Assembly (NCBI GenBank): GCA_943355025.1
Contig: CALRDW010000001.1
Location: forward strand, 60,015-124,014
Origin: Candidatus Magasanikiibacteriota bacterium
GTDB lineage: Bacteria > Patescibacteriota > Patescibacteriia > Magasanikbacterales > 2-02-FULL-50-9b
Direction of reading: 5' to 3'
DNA: 64,000 nucleotides
Shown here one piece after another: positions 59,856 to 64,000 of the stretch (positions are counted from its first letter, which is position 1; every line of letters begins with the position of its first letter). Under the pieces are notes generated by a model, which was not told where the DNA came from, ran no database searches, and saw only the letters and a list, made by a program, of their open reading frames with translations. A program made the position numbers and the translations under genes.

Positions 59856-60223
59856 CACCAAGCGAATATATTCAGAGCGCGATGCGCACAGAAAAAAAAG
59901 AGTACGGATTTGAGGCGCTGGGGAAAGTTACGCCACGCATTGAGCACGCAGTCATGGGTCTTGTGACAGAAGCGGGCGAGTGCATGGATGCGCTCAAGAA
60001 GTCGAAAATGTATGGTAAGGAACTCGACACCGTTAATTTAATTGAAGAGGCGGGTGACATCATGTGGTATCTCGCGCTACTTTCTGATGAGCTCGGAGTA
60101 TCATTTGAACAGCTCTGGGAAAAAAATATCGCAAAACTTCGTGTTCGGTTTCCCGAAAAATACACTGAAGAGCTTGTTTCGACTCGCAATCTGGGCGCCG
60201 AACGAGCGGTTCTCGAAGCCTAG
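59852..60223 (+). CDS. MazG-like NTP pyrophosphohydrolase
   Basis: EAGE..D...KK, EEAGDIMWY, NIAKL..RFP; ATGA overlap with the previous gene. Confidence 0.88.
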   Translation: MTPSEYIQSAMRTEKKEYGFEALGKVTPRIEHAVMGLVTEAGECMDALKKSKMYGKELDTVNLIEEAGDIMWYLALLSDELGVSFEQLWEKNIAKLRVRFPEKYTEELVSTRNLGAERAVLEA

Positions 60224-60313
60224 TCTGCGATCTGGCTCTCCAGGATATACACAGCAACCCAGGTTGCCTCATTAATCCAATTCTGTTACCATTGACGCAC
60301 TTTTCTGTATTGT

Positions 60314-62320
60314 ATGAAATTACGCACAACAAAAATCGAGATTTCTCATAGCGCAGTGCGAAATGGCCTTATAGCCATTGTTGTTCTTGCTCTGCTTGCG
60401 ATTGGATATAGTTTTCCAGTTACGTATAATAAAACGTCGGATGCACTCCACAGCAAGGCCGGTTTTTCAATCGGGCACGTCAATTTTCAGCCATTTAGAT
60501 TGGGCCTTGATTTGCGTGGTGGTGCGTACCTTATGTACGACGTCAATGTTACGGGTGTAGATCCGTCCGAACAGGCAGCAGCGGTTGAGGGCGCACGTGA
60601 TGTAATTGAGCGCCGCGTAAATGCGTTCGGTGTTGGTGAGCCGCTTGTACAGACAACAAAATCCAGCGGTGTGTGGCGTGTTTTGGTTGAGCTTCCTGAT
60701 GTGCATGAAGTTCAAAAAGCGATTGACATGATTGGTGCAACGCCAATTTTAGAATTTCGCGACAAGAATGGTGGCACAGTTAAACTTGAAGACACGCAGC
60801 AACAGCAAATCGATGAAACAAATAAACAAGCAAAGATCGCGGCGTTAGCAACATCTGACAAAATTAAAAAAGGTGTAAAATTTGAAGACGAACTCGCAAA
60901 AAACAAGGGAGGCGACATCGCAGCAGTAACTACAGAGAGCAATCCGACAGTTTTTGCATGGGCAAAAGCACACAAAGAGGGTGACGTAACGCGAGATCCA
61001 ATTGAAGCAAAGGATGGTTATTATATTGTACAACGCGGCGCGACAAAGCTTGACCCTGAAATCTCGGCGCGACACATTTTAATTTGTTGGAATGGTGCGA
61101 CGCAGTGTTCGTCGACGCTTACAAAAGATGAAGCGCTTCAAAAAGTGAAGGATTTGCTTTTTAAGGCAACGCCACAAAATTTTGCTGACCTTGCGAAGGT
61201 AAACTCAACTGAGCCGGGCGCAGCAACGTCGGGTGGTGATCTTGGGTGGTTTGGGCATGGTTCAATGGTGAAGGCATTTGAAGATGCTGTGTTTGCACTC
61301 AAAAAAGGCGGAATTACTACGACGCCTGTTGAAACTGAGTTCGGATACCACATTATTTTTAAGACGGATGAGCGGATGAAGACTTCGTATGCACTCAAGG
61401 GAATGGTGTTTAAGAAAATTACGGCGGACGACTTGTTCGCGAATACGGGAGATTGGAAGCCAACAGGTCTTTCAGGGAAACAGCTCGAGCGAGCGACCGT
61501 AGAGTTTGATCCAAATACGGGTGAGCCAACTGTTAACCTCGCGTTTAATAACGAGGGCAAACAATTGTTTGCAGACATTACACGCCGTGATGTTAACCAA
61601 CAAGTTGCGATTTTTCTCGATGGTCAACCAATCAGTGAGCCGGTTGTTCGTCAGCCAATTCTTGATGGTCGGGCAGTTATCTCGGGAAATTTTACACTTA
61701 CAGATGCAAAAAAATTGGTTGAGCGTCTGAATGCTGGTGCATTGCCACTACCGATCAAACTCGTCAGCCAGCAAACGGTTGGTGCAACACTGGGTGCAAA
61801 ATCATTGCACGATAGCGCGACCGCTGGCCTTATCGGTTTTGTTCTTGTGCTTATCTTCTTGACGGCGTTTTATCGAGTTCCTGGGCTGCTCGCAAGTCTT
61901 GCACTCCTCATGTATGCGGCATTCGTGCTTTCCATCTTCAAGTTTATTCCTGTGACACTTACGCTCGCGGGCATCGCCGGTTTTATTCTTTCGATGGGTA
62001 TGGCTGTAGATGCGAATGTGCTTGTGTTTGAGCGTACGCGAGAAGAACTCGCAACAGGTAAGTCACTTTCCGCGGCGCTTGAAGAAGCGTTTCCTCGCGC
62101 GTGGAATTCTATTCGCGATTCCAATGCATCGAGTCTGATTACGTGTGCAATTTTGTTCTGGTTTGGTTCAAGCATTGTTCAGGGTTTCGCACTTACGCTT
62201 GCAATTGGTATTTTTGCCAGCTTGTTTACTGCGATTACGGTTACGCGTCTGATGCTGCGTTTTATTGCGCCACTTCTCAAGGATCGTCCCGAATTGTTTA
62301 TTCCTCCAAAGCGTTCATAA
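60314..62320 (+). CDS. secD: Protein translocase SecD with inserted parvulin PPIase domains
   Basis: LGLDLRGG, RRVNAFGV.EP, AGALP, GMAVDANV..FER; insert with ARHILI...GGDLGWF...FGYHII. Confidence 0.93.
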   Translation: MKLRTTKIEISHSAVRNGLIAIVVLALLAIGYSFPVTYNKTSDALHSKAGFSIGHVNFQPFRLGLDLRGGAYLMYDVNVTGVDPSEQAAAVEGARDVIERRVNAFGVGEPLVQTTKSSGVWRVLVELPDVHEVQKAIDMIGATPILEFRDKNGGTVKLEDTQQQQIDETNKQAKIAALATSDKIKKGVKFEDELAKNKGGDIAAVTTESNPTVFAWAKAHKEGDVTRDPIEAKDGYYIVQRGATKLDPEISARHILICWNGATQCSSTLTKDEALQKVKDLLFKATPQNFADLAKVNSTEPGAATSGGDLGWFGHGSMVKAFEDAVFALKKGGITTTPVETEFGYHIIFKTDERMKTSYALKGMVFKKITADDLFANTGDWKPTGLSGKQLERATVEFDPNTGEPTVNLAFNNEGKQLFADITRRDVNQQVAIFLDGQPISEPVVRQPILDGRAVISGNFTLTDAKKLVERLNAGALPLPIKLVSQQTVGATLGAKSLHDSATAGLIGFVLVLIFLTAFYRVPGLLASLALLMYAAFVLSIFKFIPVTLTLAGIAGFILSMGMAVDANVLVFERTREELATGKSLSAALEEAFPRAWNSIRDSNASSLITCAILFWFGSSIVQGFALTLAIGIFASLFTAITVTRLMLRFIAPLLKDRPELFIPPKRS

Positions 62321-62330
62321 CGCCACGAAT

Positions 62331-63233
62331 ATGTTTTCAGTAATCAAAACACACAAAATCTGGTTCACACTTTCGACAGTGCTCTTCGCGCTTTCGATTC
62401 TTGCGGTGAGTGTGTGGCACTTCAAACTCGGTATTGATTTCACAGGCGGTTCGCTCATGGAAATTACCACGACTGCCCCTGTTTCTGATTTGTCTGTCAT
62501 CGAAAATGCTGCGGAGCCAATTCTAAAAGAGAAGCCGCATATTCAACCTATCGGTTCAAACGGATACATTATTCGTACACCATTTATTTCTGAGGCAACG
62601 CATCAGGAGGTTCTCACAGCAGTTAAAAAAATTCCAAACATTGGTGAGATTAAAGAAAGTCGGTTTGAGACAATCGGGCCAACAGTAAGTGCAGAGCTTC
62701 AGCGCAAGGCAATCTGGTCAATTATTATGGTGCTTGGTGCGATTATCATCTATGTTGCGTGGGCATTTCGTGGCGTTTCGCGACCACTTTCAGCATGGGT
62801 GTACGGCGTTGTAGCAGTTATTGCACTTTTGCACGATGTGTTTATTCCTGCCGGCGTGTTTGCAGTTCTTGGTAAGTACTATGGCTATGAAGTCGACACG
62901 CTTTTCGTAACGGCTCTGCTTACCATTCTTGGTTTTTCAGTACATGACACAATCGTTACGTTTGATCGTGTGCGTGAACATCTCAAACGAACACCAAAAG
63001 CAAATTTTTCGGAACTTGTTGATCAATCGGTGCGCGAAACATTTCGTCGTTCGATCAATACTTCAATGACAGTACTTCTTGTTCTCGTGCCTGTGCATAT
63101 CTTTGGTGGTGAATCTATTAAAGAATTTACACTTGTTCTTATTCTTGGAATCATTGTTGGTACCTATTCGTCAATATTTATTGCATGCCCACTTTTAGTT
63201 GTGTGGAATTCGCTTGCAGAGAAGCGCCGCTAG
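62331..63233 (+). CDS. secF: Protein translocase SecF
   Basis: LGIDFTGG, LLHD, GFSVHDTIV.FDR.RE, RSINTS, GTYSSIFIA. Confidence 0.95.
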   Translation: MFSVIKTHKIWFTLSTVLFALSILAVSVWHFKLGIDFTGGSLMEITTTAPVSDLSVIENAAEPILKEKPHIQPIGSNGYIIRTPFISEATHQEVLTAVKKIPNIGEIKESRFETIGPTVSAELQRKAIWSIIMVLGAIIIYVAWAFRGVSRPLSAWVYGVVAVIALLHDVFIPAGVFAVLGKYYGYEVDTLFVTALLTILGFSVHDTIVTFDRVREHLKRTPKANFSELVDQSVRETFRRSINTSMTVLLVLVPVHIFGGESIKEFTLVLILGIIVGTYSSIFIACPLLVVWNSLAEKRR

Positions 63234-63257
63234 AGGGTATAATGCCCACGCGATTGT

Positions 63258-63683
63258 ATGAGTGCAACTGCGTTGGTCATCACAATTTATTATTTCGTTG
63301 CGGGCCTGGGATTACTGGGTGCATTTGCAACATGGTGGATCACGCGAAAAGGCGAGGATAACATTTGGCGTTGGATTTTTTCGCTTATTGGTAGCTTGGT
63401 TTTTGTAACGGTGTACTGGATTTCGTATCTGATTGGTTCCTACGAAGCGATTCCAGTAATTTTGTTTTTTCTCGCCGCTATTTACGCGTGGTTATATATT
63501 GTATTTTCTGCACGGTCATCGTCAACACTCGACCATTTTGTGTTTGCCTCATTTGGAACAATGGTGTTTGGTATGACTATGATTGGTGGATATACAGCTG
63601 GCGCACGTGGTTGGTGGGCGATGGCGCTGCCATTTTATGTAGTGGCAACGTATAGTTGTTACTCGCTTCTAGTACCAGACTGA
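63258..63683 (+). CDS. Hypothetical membrane protein (about 5 TM)
   Basis: Almost entirely hydrophobic 141-aa ORF. Confidence 0.7.
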   Translation: MSATALVITIYYFVAGLGLLGAFATWWITRKGEDNIWRWIFSLIGSLVFVTVYWISYLIGSYEAIPVILFFLAAIYAWLYIVFSARSSSTLDHFVFASFGTMVFGMTMIGGYTAGARGWWAMALPFYVVATYSCYSLLVPD

Positions 63684-63691
63684 TCTTTACT

Positions 63692-64000
63692 ATGGATGTA
63701 ACCGCTCTTGGTAATTATTTTAACGAGCAATTTATTGCAGCCTCAGTTTCAACATGGGACACGATTCGTGTTGCCATAATTCACGGCGGTTGGATGGGGC
63801 TATTTGTTTTTTTCATTGAAGTTTCGTTTGGACTTTTTTATGATCGCATGACTGGTTTGTTTGCTGGCGGTCTTAAATTTACATACCTCGCTGTTTCAAT
63901 TCCTAAGTTGAATGAACAAACGCCGCGCGCGGTTGAAAACTTTTTTAATCAACTCGCTGGCGCACATGTAACGCAAGATCTTGTTGAAAAATATTGGCTT
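63692..64000 (+). CDS. Partial hypothetical membrane-anchored protein (runs off the window)
   Basis: Open from ATG 63692 to the window end: MDVTALGNYF...LAVSIPKLNEQTPRAVENFFNQLAGAH...EKYWL. Confidence 0.75.
   Translation, partial: MDVTALGNYFNEQFIAASVSTWDTIRVAIIHGGWMGLFVFFIEVSFGLFYDRMTGLFAGGLKFTYLAVSIPKLNEQTPRAVENFFNQLAGAHVTQDLVEKYWL

Overview
The window is a gene-dense, mostly plus-strand stretch of a bacterial chromosome. Several traits point to a Patescibacteria/CPR (Parcubacteria/ABY1-like) genome, which is an inference: N-terminally short MurF and AtpH, short ProS and MetG, a UvrD-nuclease fusion, an S8 protease with FG-GAP-like repeats, and core genes lacking Shine-Dalgarno (SD) sites. 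Core content is ftsEX, an oxidative-stress cluster (bcp, sod, ahpC), murF, typA, a glycosylation cluster, dsbA, rrf2-iscS-iscU plus ferredoxin, rsmI, metG, tatD, a full F1Fo ATP synthase operon, uvrD-dciA, proS, mreBCD-mrdA, an ftsI-like PBP, murC-murB, hpf-secA, secD-secF and three tRNAs (Gln, Glu, Pro). No CRISPR array, integrase, transposase or reverse transcriptase is visible. The leading candidates for something undescribed are: (1) a tandem-hairpin element in front of a degenerate Nudix / deoxyribosyltransferase-like / MazG trio between secA and secD; (2) a pseudoknot-capable RNA with a terminator and a Cys-containing short ORF upstream of sod; (3) SecD carrying an inserted, apparently circularly permuted tandem parvulin PPIase; (4) a dispersed class of self-contained orphan cassettes (own promoter, GGAGG SD, terminator), one of which splits the atp operon in antisense; (5) two proteins resembling C-type-lectin-fold DGR targets with no DGR in the window. 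All family calls come from motif recognition by eye, not database searches.
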